A DNA stretch of 63,218 nt, counting the filler, from a bacterium (GTDB lineage Bacteria; JBDRGX01), in the NCBI GenBank assembly GCA_043817485.1. It is 6 parts of 6 records of this genome, joined end to end, with 100 filler letters (N's around TTAATTAATTAA, not from the genome) between each part and the next. Parts side by side here need not be neighbours in the genome. Positions count along the whole stretch, not along the records: positions 1 to 29,386 come from JBDRGX010000037.1; 5 more parts are not named here. The stretch is one strand, 5' to 3'. The position numbers were made by a program, and so were the translations under genes. Each line of letters begins with the position of its first letter. Positions within the stretch are counted from its first letter, which is position 1. Shown here in pieces: positions 1-10,826 of the stretch. The notes under the pieces are model-generated. The model was not told where the DNA came from, ran no database searches, and was given only the letters and a program-made list of their open reading frames with translations.

Positions 1-848
1 ACTGGTTTTGCCCAATCACCAGAATTAGTTCTTACAGTTAAAACAGGTCCTACCATTTTAGAAGATGTTATAATTGGATAAATATCATCTAAAACTCCAC
101 CTCTATGAAATGCATCTGAAAGATTAGCAGTAGAAATTTTATTTAATAATTCTCTTATATGAGAAAAACCTATTTTTTTACTAAGATTTGTTTGTATTTT
201 AACACCACTTACAAGTGCTTTTTTAATTTGTTGTGTAGATTTTGTAGCATCTATAGATTTAGTAATAGCAGCTCCAATTACAATAATACTTGCTCCAGCA
301 TTTATTGCATCAACAATTGTTTCTGAATTTATTCCTCCTGCAATTGCTACAGGAATACTAACATTTTCTACTACCTCTTTTAATTTTTCAAAAAAAGAAA
401 TTTCTCCAGACATTTGTTCATCAATAGAAAAATGAATACCTATATAATCTACACCTAATTTTTCTACTTCTTTTGTTCTTTTTACTAAATTTTCTATACT
501 TATATTAATTAAATCAACTATTATTTTTCCACCATAATTTTTTGCTGTTTCAACACATTCTAAAATAGTAAAATCAGAAGTTGTTCCTAAAACACTTACT
601 ATATTTGCTCCAGACTTAAAAGCCATTTCAACTTCTATTCTACCAGCATCCATTGTTTTCATATCTGCTATTATTGTTTTGTTAGGAAAAATATCTCTTA
701 TTTTTCTAATAGCACCTACTCCAACACTTTTTATCAAAGGAGTACCTACTTCTAACCAATCAATCCCTCCTATTACAGATTCTTCTGCTACTTTAATTGC
801 TCGAGATAAATCAACGAAATCTAAAGCTAATTGTAAAATAGGTTTCAT
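1..848 (-). CDS. hxlA: 3-hexulose-6-phosphate synthase (OMPDC-like barrel) fused to an RraA/MenG-like domain; 3' end runs off the window
   Basis: Not in ORF track. Manual translation from ATG 848 (GGAGG RBS): MKPILQLALDFVDLSRAIKVAEESVIGGIDWLEVGTPLIKSVG...IADMKTMDAGRIE, then ISTANLSDAFHRGG...MVGPVLTVRTNSGDWAKP (RraA-like start). Confidence 0.85.
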   Translation of the reverse strand, partial: MKPILQLALDFVDLSRAIKVAEESVIGGIDWLEVGTPLIKSVGVGAIRKIRDIFPNKTIIADMKTMDAGRIEVEMAFKSGANIVSVLGTTSDFTILECVETAKNYGGKIIVDLINISIENLVKRTKEVEKLGVDYIGIHFSIDEQMSGEISFFEKLKEVVENVSIPVAIAGGINSETIVDAINAGASIIVIGAAITKSIDATKSTQQIKKALVSGVKIQTNLSKKIGFSHIRELLNKISTANLSDAFHRGGVLDDIYPIITSSKMVGPVLTVRTNSGDWAKP

Positions 849-882
849 TATCTCTCCCTCCATTTTATTTAAAAAAACAAAA

Positions 883-2073
883 TTATTTTATATATTTTTG
901 ATTTTTTTCTCTTATTATTTTTGCTAAATCACTATTCAAATCAATTTTACAAATTTTTTCCATTATCCCTTCTATTCCTTCTTTTTCACGAAGTGTTTTT
1001 AATTCTTGAGAACAAATATCATCTTCATTAAAATAATTAAACGCTAATACAATCCCAAAACAAAGATTATCAGGAATAATATTAAAAGAAAGACATAAAT
1101 TAGCAGCACCAATTAATCTATCAGAAAAACTTAATTTTCTAATAGGATCACGAGCAACTCTAAATATAGTATCACCTAAAAATTTATTTCCAAATCTTTT
1201 TATTAAATCTTCAACATGCTCAAAATGAACTTTTTCATCAAGATTATGTTTTTTTATTAAAGCTTTTCCAGTTTCATTTTTCATCACCAAAAGTACTTTT
1301 TCATATATCCATTTATCACAAATAGCATCAGCAATATAAGTATAGCCCTTATAATTTCCTAAATAAGCACATATTGCATGTCCACAGTTATGAGTATATA
1401 ATTTTCTATCAACATAAGATTGAAAATTATCTGCTGGAATTAAATGAATAATTTGTGGAATTTTTCCTTTAAATCCTTCTTTATTAACTGGTAATTCACA
1501 ATATTTTTCTACTTTAATAAGAAGTGGATTTTGTTCTTTTTCTTCTTTTGTCATAATTGGAACCATTCTTCCAATTACAGATTCTACTAATCCCAAATTT
1601 TGTTCAAGATAAGAAGTTATTTCTAATAAAGAAATTGATTTTGTTTTTAATTCTTCTAAAATACTTTTTTTATAAAATTCTTTTGCATTATAAAGATTTT
1701 CACAAATAATTATATTAAGTGGAGTTATTACTTGTTTTTTAAATCGTTCTAATAATCCAGAAGCAATTGTAGGAATAATATATTTTATAGCACCAACTCC
1801 TACTGCACTTACAATAATGTCTGAAGAAACAATTTCTTTTATAATTTTTTCTTTTTCTTGAGCAAAAATAGCTTCAATATTTGTAATTTCAATTTTTTCT
1901 GGATTTTCTCCAACAATTTCAATACAATATTTTTTTTCTTTATTTAATGAATTTATTAAATTAATGTCAACATCTATAAAAATAACTTTATATTCAGATA
2001 AAAATAATAATTGTCCTAAAAAACCTCTGCCAATATTTCCTGCTCCAAAAATTATAGCTTTTTTCAACAACAA
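883..2073 (-). CDS. mtlD: mannitol-1-phosphate 5-dehydrogenase family protein
   Basis: FGAGNIGRGFLG, NIIICEN, IGRMVP, RKLYTHNCGHA, RVARDPIRKL motifs. Confidence 0.85.
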   Translation of the reverse strand: MLLKKAIIFGAGNIGRGFLGQLLFLSEYKVIFIDVDINLINSLNKEKKYCIEIVGENPEKIEITNIEAIFAQEKEKIIKEIVSSDIIVSAVGVGAIKYIIPTIASGLLERFKKQVITPLNIIICENLYNAKEFYKKSILEELKTKSISLLEITSYLEQNLGLVESVIGRMVPIMTKEEKEQNPLLIKVEKYCELPVNKEGFKGKIPQIIHLIPADNFQSYVDRKLYTHNCGHAICAYLGNYKGYTYIADAICDKWIYEKVLLVMKNETGKALIKKHNLDEKVHFEHVEDLIKRFGNKFLGDTIFRVARDPIRKLSFSDRLIGAANLCLSFNIIPDNLCFGIVLAFNYFNEDDICSQELKTLREKEGIEGIMEKICKIDLNSDLAKIIREKNQKYIK

Positions 2074-2095
2074 CTCCTTCTAAAAAAAATTTTGA

Positions 2096-3040
2096 TTAAC
2101 TTTTTATTTTAATATTATTATCTTTTATAAATTGTAAAGTTTGATTTAAACTTTTAATTCCTTTTGTAGAACCTACTTCTTGAACACATAAAGCACCTAC
2201 AGCATTAGCAAATTTTCCAGTTTTTTCTAAATTCCAACCCTTAATAATTCCCGTAAGAAATCCAGCAACAAAAGAATCTCCAGCACCAGTAGCATCAATA
2301 CATTTTACAGAATAAGAAGGGATATAAATTTCTGTATCTTTAGTTCTAATATAAGAACCTTTTATTCCCATTTTTAATCCTACAATTTTTACTCCCCAAT
2401 TAATAAAAGTTTCAGCAATTTTTTCTGGAGTTTTATGATGAGTAATTTTTTTTGCTTCTTCTATACTTGGAAGAAAAATATCTACATATTTTAAACATGG
2501 CTTAATTAATTTATCCCATTGTTTTTTATCATCCCAACAAGAATCTAAAGAAGTAATTTTTTTCATTTCTTGAACTTTTTTTAAAAGATTTTCCATTGGC
2601 TTTCCATCTAATTTAGGAAGAAGAAAAGCTCCACCTATGTGAAAAATTTTACATTCTTCAATCAATTTATAATTTATTTCTTTTAAAGAAAATTCTTGAT
2701 TAGCACCTATATAATGTAAAAATGATCTTTCTCCTTGTGAAGAAACTAATACTAATGTAGCAGAAGTAGCAATATTTTTCTTTTTAATTATTCCCCTAAT
2801 ATCTATTTTATGTGTAACAAAATAATCTTCTATAAATTTTCCAAAATTATCTTCTCCAACACATCCCATAATTCCAGTTTTAATACCAATTTTTGCTAAT
2901 CCTATTCCAGTATTAGCAGCACAACCACCAACATGTAAAGCAATACTATTTAATAAACTTAATTCACCTTTGTTTGGTAATTTTTCTACTGGTTTACCAA
3001 TAGCATCTGCTACTAAAATACCACAACAAAGAATTTCCAT
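2096..3040 (-). CDS. PfkB-family carbohydrate kinase
   Basis: GGCAANTGIGLAKIG and DATGAGDSFVAG signatures. Confidence 0.9.
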   Translation of the reverse strand: MEILCCGILVADAIGKPVEKLPNKGELSLLNSIALHVGGCAANTGIGLAKIGIKTGIMGCVGEDNFGKFIEDYFVTHKIDIRGIIKKKNIATSATLVLVSSQGERSFLHYIGANQEFSLKEINYKLIEECKIFHIGGAFLLPKLDGKPMENLLKKVQEMKKITSLDSCWDDKKQWDKLIKPCLKYVDIFLPSIEEAKKITHHKTPEKIAETFINWGVKIVGLKMGIKGSYIRTKDTEIYIPSYSVKCIDATGAGDSFVAGFLTGIIKGWNLEKTGKFANAVGALCVQEVGSTKGIKSLNQTLQFIKDNNIKIKS

Positions 3041-3141
3041 ATTTTTTTTCCTTATTTAAAATTATTTTTAGTATTTTTAAAAAAATATTATCTTATGCAA
3101 ATTAGCAATTACTTTCTTATCTAATTTAAAATATTTATTTT

Positions 3142-3648
3142 TCAAATTTTAATATTAAATATAATTTCATTAACAATTTCTTCAATACTTAAATTTGATG
3201 TATCTATAACAAAATCAGCAGCTTTATTATATTTTTCTTCTCTTTGAGACAAAACTTCTTGTATTTCTTCAATAAATGTTTTTTCCCCTGTTAAAGATGG
3301 TCTATCTTTACCTTTTTCAATCCTTTTAACAATAGTTTCAATATTTGCTTTAAGTAAAATTACTACTCCATTTTTTTTTAAATTTACTACATTTTCATCT
3401 TTTAAAATAACTCCGCCACCTGTATCAATAATACATTTATCTTTTTGAGAAATTTCAAAAATTATATCAGATTCCAATTCTCTAAATTTTTCCCATCCAA
3501 ATTTACTTACAATTTCTAAAATAGAAATTCCAGCTTTTTGTGTAATTAAATCATCTATATGAATTACTTCCAATTTTAATTTTTTAGATAAAACTCTACT
3601 TATAGCACTTTTTCCAGTTCCTCTATATCCAATTAAAACTATATTCAT
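3142..3648 (-). CDS. aroK: shikimate kinase
   Basis: MNIVLIGYRGTGKS P-loop, FRELE, DTGGGV, RPSL; start moved to ATG 3648 overlapping the aroE stop. Confidence 0.92.
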   Translation of the reverse strand: MNIVLIGYRGTGKSAISRVLSKKLKLEVIHIDDLITQKAGISILEIVSKFGWEKFRELESDIIFEISQKDKCIIDTGGGVILKDENVVNLKKNGVVILLKANIETIVKRIEKGKDRPSLTGEKTFIEEIQEVLSQREEKYNKAADFVIDTSNLSIEEIVNEIIFNIKI

Positions 3649-4496
3649 TTTAATGCCTTTTTTGCAGCATTTTTCATTACTTTTATTGGAGCAGAAATTC
3701 CAGTCCATTTTTCAAATTGAACCGCAGCTTGATAAATAAACATATCTAATCCAGAAATAATTTTACAACCTTTTTTTTGAGCATCTTTTAATAAACAAGT
3801 TTTTTCTGGATTATAAACAACATCAAATACTACTAAATTTTTTTTTAAATATTTTGATGGGACTAAAGTTTCTTTAACTTTTGGATACATTCCAACAGAA
3901 GTACAATTAATAAGAATATCTGTATTTTCTATTTCTTGCTTTAAAAAATCATTTGATAAAATATTTCCTTTAACTTTTACTTTAGTTTTAGATAATATAT
4001 CATTTTTTAATTGATTAACTTCTTCTTCTATAATTCCTAAAATTGTAAGTTGAGAAATTTTTTCTTTAAGAACTAATGTAAAAGCAATTGCGCGAGCAAC
4101 ACCTCCAGATCCTAAAATTAAAACTTTTTTATTATTTAATTTAACACCACATTCTTTTAAAGATTTTAAAGCACCAAAACCATCACTTGATAACCCTTTT
4201 AATTTTCCTTCTTCATTTATTATAGTATTAACAGAACCAATATATTTAGATATTTCTTCTATTTCATCTAAATATTTAATAACTTCTACTTTGTGAGGAA
4301 TAGTTACACTTAAGCCCTTGATATTTAAAGATTTAACTCCAAGTAATGCTGATTTTACATCTTTTACATTAAAAGCTGTATAAATGTAATTTAATTTTAA
4401 TTTTTTAAAAGCTGCATTATGAATAATTGGAGATAAAGAATGTTCTATTGGATCACCAATTACAGCACAAAGTTTTGTTTTAGCATTTATTTGCAA
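3645..4496 (-). CDS. aroE: shikimate dehydrogenase
   Basis: GDPIEHSLSPIIHN, SVTIPHK, GSVNT, NCTSVGM, DVVYNP, GLDMFIYQA. Confidence 0.93.
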   Translation of the reverse strand: MQINAKTKLCAVIGDPIEHSLSPIIHNAAFKKLKLNYIYTAFNVKDVKSALLGVKSLNIKGLSVTIPHKVEVIKYLDEIEEISKYIGSVNTIINEEGKLKGLSSDGFGALKSLKECGVKLNNKKVLILGSGGVARAIAFTLVLKEKISQLTILGIIEEEVNQLKNDILSKTKVKVKGNILSNDFLKQEIENTDILINCTSVGMYPKVKETLVPSKYLKKNLVVFDVVYNPEKTCLLKDAQKKGCKIISGLDMFIYQAAVQFEKWTGISAPIKVMKNAAKKALK

Positions 4497-4506
4497 AATA
4501 AACTCC

Positions 4507-5427
4507 TTATTCTGCGGATCTTTTTATAAGTCTTTCCCATTCAAAATCAATATGTTTTTGAATTTCTTCAATAATATCTTCTTTTCCATTTTTAAATAAA
4601 TGAGCAAATCTACTTTGTGATTTTAACCATTCTATTACTGATTTTTTTTCCTTTGGCTGATAAGTAATTTTATATTTTCCATTTTCAAATTCATACAATG
4701 GCCAAATACAAGATTCCACTGCTAATCGTCCAATTTCAAGTGTCATTTCTTGTGGAAATCCCCAACCTAAACGACAAGGAGAAAGAATATTTATAAAAGA
4801 AGTTCCTTGAATAGAAACAGCTTTTTGAACTTTATTTGTTAAATCTTTCCAATTACCAACAATAGATTGTGCAGCATAAGAAATATTGTGAGCAATAATA
4901 CATTCAGTTAAATTTTTTTTCTGCTCTTTTTTTCCAGATGAAACAAAACCTGCTGGTGCTGTAGTAGTATTTGCTCCTTTAGGTGTAGCACCAGATCTTT
5001 GAATACCAGTATTCATATAAGCTTCATTATTATAGCAAACATAAAGAGCATTATGTCCTCTTTCAATCATTCCCGAAAGAGCTTGAAATCCTATATCATA
5101 AGTTCCACCATCTCCTCCAAAAGCTACAAATTGTATATCTTTATCTATCTTTCCCTTTTTTTTCAAATTATTATAAGCTGCTTCTATTCCAGAAATAGTA
5201 GCTCCAGCATTTTCAAACGCTGAATGAACAAAAGGCACGTTCCATGCTGTATAAGGATAAATAGTAGTTGCTACTTCTAAACAACCAGTAGCACAAGTAA
5301 CTACTACGGGCTTATTTATAGCCATTAAAACTTGTCTTACAGCAATAGAAGCAGAACAACCAGCACATAATCTATGACCTTCAGATAAAGATTCTGGTTT
5401 TTGAGATAATTCTTTTAATGTTGCCAT
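4507..5427 (-). CDS. porB: pyruvate/2-oxoacid:ferredoxin oxidoreductase beta subunit
   Basis: GHRLCAGC, TGCLEV, GGDGGTYDIGFQ...NNEAYMNTGIQRS TPP motif. Confidence 0.9.
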   Translation of the reverse strand: MATLKELSQKPESLSEGHRLCAGCSASIAVRQVLMAINKPVVVTCATGCLEVATTIYPYTAWNVPFVHSAFENAGATISGIEAAYNNLKKKGKIDKDIQFVAFGGDGGTYDIGFQALSGMIERGHNALYVCYNNEAYMNTGIQRSGATPKGANTTTAPAGFVSSGKKEQKKNLTECIIAHNISYAAQSIVGNWKDLTNKVQKAVSIQGTSFINILSPCRLGWGFPQEMTLEIGRLAVESCIWPLYEFENGKYKITYQPKEKKSVIEWLKSQSRFAHLFKNGKEDIIEEIQKHIDFEWERLIKRSAE

Positions 5428-5575
5428 CTAATCTATTCTCCTTTTTAATGTTATTTAATAATACAATTTTTTAATAAAATAAACATTTTTACAAAAATTC
5501 AAATTAGTTTTTTATCATAATAACCATTATACTAAAAAAAATTCATTATAGCAATATTTAAAAATATTTGTTTTT

Positions 5576-7576
5576 TTAATTTTTAAATCTAATATATTTT
5601 TCTTCTTTTTTAAAAGGTGAAAAAAAATCACCACCACCTTCATAAAATTTAGTAAAAAATTCTACAAATTGTAATCTCATTGTATGAATAAATGACCCTA
5701 AAATACTAATAAGAATAATAAATAAATGCCCTCCTACAATAACTAATAAACTCATAATTGCACAAAATAAAAAAAGAATAAATCCAATTCCTCCTTTTTC
5801 AAAAAAACTAATACCATAACTCCAAAAAACACCACCAACAATATTAATAACAGAAGCTAAAACACAACTTACTAAACCTAATGCTAATAAACGAGTATAA
5901 GATAAAATATCACCAACTATTCCCATAATCCCATATAATTTATAAATTCCTACAAGAATTCTTTTAAAACCTTTTCTTGGTCTTCCTCCAAATACAACAA
6001 TAGTTAAACAAGACATTACAAAGCAAATAAAACAAATATTTTTTGCTAAAATTAAATGAGGAGAAAAAATAGAAATAAGACATAAAAAAATACAACTTAT
6101 AATTATTACAATCCAAGGCATTTCATCAAGTAATGTATCAAGAATAAATCCATTTTTAATTTTCCATATCATTTTAATAAAAAAGCCCAATAAAATATGA
6201 ATAATTCCTAATCCTATAGCAATAATAAAAAATGTCATTGCATTTTCTATAGGATCAAAAAGCATTATTGACTTTCTAATGTTTTGTAAAAAACTTAATT
6301 GAGAAGGTAGCCCTTTAAAATCTATGCCAAAAAATCCACCAGTTAATATTCCTACAATAACAGTACTACTACTTAAAATAATAAATAAATGTAAAAACTT
6401 CTTTGCTCCTTTATCCGAAAATTTCTTTAATAAAAAAAAAGAAGCTAATAAAATCATTAATCCATATCCAGCATCAGTCATACAAAGAGCAAAAAAAAGA
6501 GCAAAAAAAGGTGCTAAAAAAGGTGTAGGATCAACCTCTTTATAATGAGGAATTCCATAAAGTTCTGTTATTATTTCAAAAGGTTTAAATAAGTTTTTAT
6601 TATTCAAATCAACTGGCGGATTTTCTTCTGGAGAAGGAGCCAAAAATAAAATTTCAGTTTCTTTAAATTGAGATAATTTTTTTATAATTGTATCAGTATT
6701 ATTTTTTTTAATCCACCCACTAATTAAAATAGATTGTTTTGTATTCGAAAAATGATATTTTATTTCTTTTTGTTTTATTATTTTACTTATATAATCAGAT
6801 TTGATCATTAATTTTATTTTATCAAAACCAAGAGATTGAGTTTCTTTTATTACTTTTTCTTTTTCTAATTTAATTTCAATAAAATTATTTTTTATTTCCT
6901 CTAAATTTTGAAAAACTGTATTTTTTTGTATTGGTAAAGTAACTTGAGTAAATCCATATTTTTTAAATATGTTTAAAAAAGAATTAAAATATTCTTTAAT
7001 AAAAATACAAAGAAAAAATATTTCTTCTTTATTTTCTGATATTACTTCAAAAATATAATTAGAAGTTATATTATTTATTTATCTAACTACTTCATCTTTA
7101 TTTTGAATAGAAAGTTTTCCTAAAAAAAATTGCATATTAGTGCTATTTTTAATTTTTTCCAATGAATCTAATGAATAAGATAGGTTTTTCCATGGAATAA
7201 GAAATTGATGAATAATATTTAAAGAACTTTCTTTTTTTTCTAAAAAATCAATTTTTTCTGAAAAATTATCTATTTTTTGTTTTATAGGTAAAAAATCATA
7301 TTTTTTTCCTGTTTCTTCAAATTCTTCTTCTTCTAATATAGGTTTTTCTTTAATCTGTTTTGTTTCAAAAGTACTAATAAATTTAATTGATTCTTCTATT
7401 TGTTTTAAATTATTTTTAAGAGATTTAATTTCATCACATTCAGAAACAGACATAGAAGAAATAGGATTAATATCTATAATTTGCACTAATTCTAAATCTT
7501 GTAAAGTATTAACAATTTTATCTTGAAGAGAAATATGAGCAAAAATATTTATTTTTTTCATTAAAGCAATAGCCAT
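5576..7576 (-). pseudogene. ntpI: V/A-type ATP synthase subunit I (a), interrupted by one in-frame TAA at 7081-7079
   Basis: ORFs 7079..7576 and 5576..6808 share a frame and the 270 bp between them is open; PPVDLNN, EVDPTP, DAGYG, LSYTRLLALGL, HTMRLQFVEFF. Confidence 0.85.
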
Positions 7577-7808
7577 ATAATAACCTTTTTTTTAAAAATT
7601 AACACTTACATTTTTTGTTATTCAAAAATGCTTGTATATGTTTCAATCCTTATTTTTTTACTATTAACTAACTAATTTAAAATAATTTAACCACCTTAAA
7701 TCGGAAAAAATATAACATAAATCAATAATTATGTTTACTCGTGTTGTTCACTATTAAGCAATCTATAACACATCTTATCTATTTCCTATTAAATAAGCAA
7801 AAAAATGA

Positions 7809-8498
7809 CTAAATAATATTTTGGATTTTCTTTACTTTATCAAATAATTCTTCGGCTTCTTTCAACTTCTTTTCTGCCTTAACATATTGTCTTTCAAAAG
7901 ATTCTTTATATTTCTTTTCTAACAATAATATAAAATCTTTTTTATCTCGATACATAAATGGAACTTTATAATTAACTTGTAATTGGTTTTTAGGATTTAA
8001 TCGAAAACTTGTATGAATATCTTTTAATAATTCTACTTTTACATGTAAATTAGTATCTGAATACTTTTCAAAATAAATGGAGTGTTCATCATGAGCAGTA
8101 TATTCCATTAAAATAAATACGATATAAAAATGCCCATTTAACATAAATTTTATAACTTTATTTACTGTCCCTATATCAGGATTACTGTCTTCATACTTTG
8201 AATTAAATGCTTTAATATCACCCCAAATAAGTTCCTCACACCCTTTGAATTTATAATCAAATTTAATGTCAAATGGATTTTTAGTCGCTCCCTCAGAAAA
8301 ACTTTCGGCATTTGTTATATTTGTACAAATATTTGTTTTTGCATATTCAACAAATTTCTTTTCAAAAATGTTACTTATTTCAGCACCGGCTCTTGATTGG
8401 ACTCTTAAACTAATTTTATTATTCATATCATTAATAATTTTCTCAAAAATAGTGGCGATATCATTTTTTAGATTTATTTCATATTTTTCATTATTCAT
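7809..8498 (-). CDS. putative type II restriction endonuclease (PD-(D/E)XK)
   Basis: NPFD...WGDIKA motif; start overlaps the upstream methyltransferase stop. Confidence 0.65.
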   Translation of the reverse strand: MNNEKYEINLKNDIATIFEKIINDMNNKISLRVQSRAGAEISNIFEKKFVEYAKTNICTNITNAESFSEGATKNPFDIKFDYKFKGCEELIWGDIKAFNSKYEDSNPDIGTVNKVIKFMLNGHFYIVFILMEYTAHDEHSIYFEKYSDTNLHVKVELLKDIHTSFRLNPKNQLQVNYKVPFMYRDKKDFILLLEKKYKESFERQYVKAEKKLKEAEELFDKVKKIQNII

Positions 8499-10251
8499 CT
8501 TTCAACCCTTTTTCAATTGTTCTATTATATTGAATTATATAATTTAATTCTACATTAGAAATATTAAATAATTTTGCGATTAAATAATCCATTTCAATAG
8601 AATTACAATAATTTTCAAAACCGTATTGAATAATTTGTTCCATTTCTTGTTTATCGCAAAATTTCATTGGCAATTTATATAAATCTGATAAACGAATTTG
8701 AGGAATTTTACCTTTTTCAATTCTAATTATATTTTTCTTTAATGCATAAAAAGTTAATAATTCAGAATTTAGGAGGCAACAAATATATTTTAAATAGAAT
8801 TTAGTATCATTCCTTAGTAATTTTTTAAATATTATATAAATACTATTATTAGTACATAAATATTCTTCTGTATATGCAGCAATAAGTTTTTTTGCTGATT
8901 GTCTAATGAATATCTTGGGTGATTTATATGCTATTTCGTTACCCAATCCTATTCTTTTTTTATTTTTAATTCCTTTCTTTTCTAATTCAATTTTGAACTC
9001 ATTTGATATCTTTAATTGTTTTGCATAATCATATTCTAAAATTCTATCGCATGGAGTTACTATCTTGAATCTATCAGGCAATCCTTTTGCACCCTCTAAA
9101 AAAGGATAAAAATTATTTATTGAAATAGGATTTATTTTGTCGGTCACAAAATCATTAGTTCTTCCTGTCAGAACTGCACATGTCCGTATTTCTTTATGAC
9201 CAAAATATGAATCAAATTTATTACTGTTCATTTCTATCTTGTTGATTAGATATTCATCTTTTTTACTAAAAGGTTTAATAAAATTAAAATTGCTTTTATT
9301 AATTCTAACTATATCTTGAGTCTCAAAATCTTTCCATAATATTTGATTTACATAATTCTGGCTTTTATTAACACTCAATATTGTTTGACCACTATAAACA
9401 TTATCAAATCCTTTAATATTATTAACGATTTGTTGTACGGAATATTGTTTTATATAATTTCTTATTTGTTTATAAGGCGGTTCAAAAAAACTAATGTCCA
9501 AAATATACTTCAATGATCCACTTTCCTTTAAAATATCAAAAGCATTTTCAATAAAAAACATGGAAGAATTTAACCGATTATCTATTTTTTTGTTACTTAT
9601 AAAATCATAATTATAGATATAATAATTTTTCTTTTCTTGGGATAAAGGCTTTGCGTGTTTCCCATAATAAGTTATAAATGGTGGATTCCCAATTATAAAA
9701 TCAAAAAAATTTATATATGGTTTTATATTGTGCTTCAAGGTAAAATCAAAACATAATATGTTTAATTTATTAAAGTTATATTTACATAACAGATTAAAAT
9801 CAAAATATTTTTTCAATAAGTTATAAATATTATATTTTGATATTAAACACGCATTAGGGTTGATATCAAAACCATAAAAATTATCTATAATTTTATTTAT
9901 TAGCAGGTCATTATTGATTTGTTGGAGATGTTCATTGATAAATTTTTCAATAAAATAAATCAAGATATCACCTTCGCCACAAGATGGGTCTAATAATTTG
10001 AAATCTTTTGTCTTCTAAAAAATATTATTAGATAATTCTTCTAATATTTTTTTATTTTTTGTATAAAACTCCCCATTTATTTTTCTATCTGATTTGTGAG
10101 ATGTATTAACTACATAAGTTTTAATAAAATTTCTATCAATTTTTGAAAAATCAATAGGTTTGATAAAGAATGAAGAAAATAAATTGTTTGCTGTATTATT
10201 TAATATGTCCTCATCAGAATACAATTTCAATTGTCGCATTATTATATTCAT
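8491..10251 (-). pseudogene. gamma-class N6-adenine DNA methyltransferase interrupted by an in-frame TAG at 10017-10015
   Basis: Single frame reads GEFYT (motif X)...NIF*KTKDFKLLDPSCGEGDIL (motif I)...YGFDIN...GNPPF (motif IV), then a TaqI-C-like TRD (KIFIRQ, LLNSELLTFY). Confidence 0.85.
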
Positions 10252-10340
10252 CCTTTTTTAACTTTAATTATTGATAAGGATAATCTCATCTATCAGTATA
10301 AAAAAAATAACCACAAATTTTTATGTACAAAATAAAATAT

Positions 10341-10655
10341 CTATATTTTTTTTACATATTCTAATACTAAATTAACTACTTCAGAAAATTTTTTAAAAGA
10401 TTTTTCTTCTATTTTGTTTTGTTCTTTTTTAAATTGTTCTTGAATTTGAACAATTTCTTTTTCAATTTCTTTTTCTTTTTCTTTTATAAAATTATAAGAT
10501 AATATTTTTGCATCTTCTTTATATTTTTCAATAATTTTTTCAGATTCTTTTTCTGATAAATTTATTTTTATTTGATTTTCTTTTTGCTTTTCTTTTATTA
10601 TTTCATCTGTTTCTTGTTCTAATAAAATAATTTGTTGTAAAATATTATCTTTCAA
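10341..10655 (-). CDS. V/A-type ATPase peripheral stalk subunit G/H
   Basis: 104-aa E/K-rich coiled coil, same strand and upstream of subunit I, its usual operon position. Confidence 0.6.
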   Translation of the reverse strand: MKDNILQQIILLEQETDEIIKEKQKENQIKINLSEKESEKIIEKYKEDAKILSYNFIKEKEKEIEKEIVQIQEQFKKEQNKIEEKSFKKFSEVVNLVLEYVKKI

Positions 10656-10826
10656 AAAAACTCCTTTTATTTTTCAATATAAAATAATTTTGTTGTGAAT
10701 TTTTTTATATTCTTTTTTCCTTTTGTCAATATTTTTTTATTTTTTCTTGACATCTTGCGAACTTTAAACATTATGTATTCTACACAATTATATATTTAGA
10801 CTTTTTAAAAAAGTAGGTGAAAAAAA

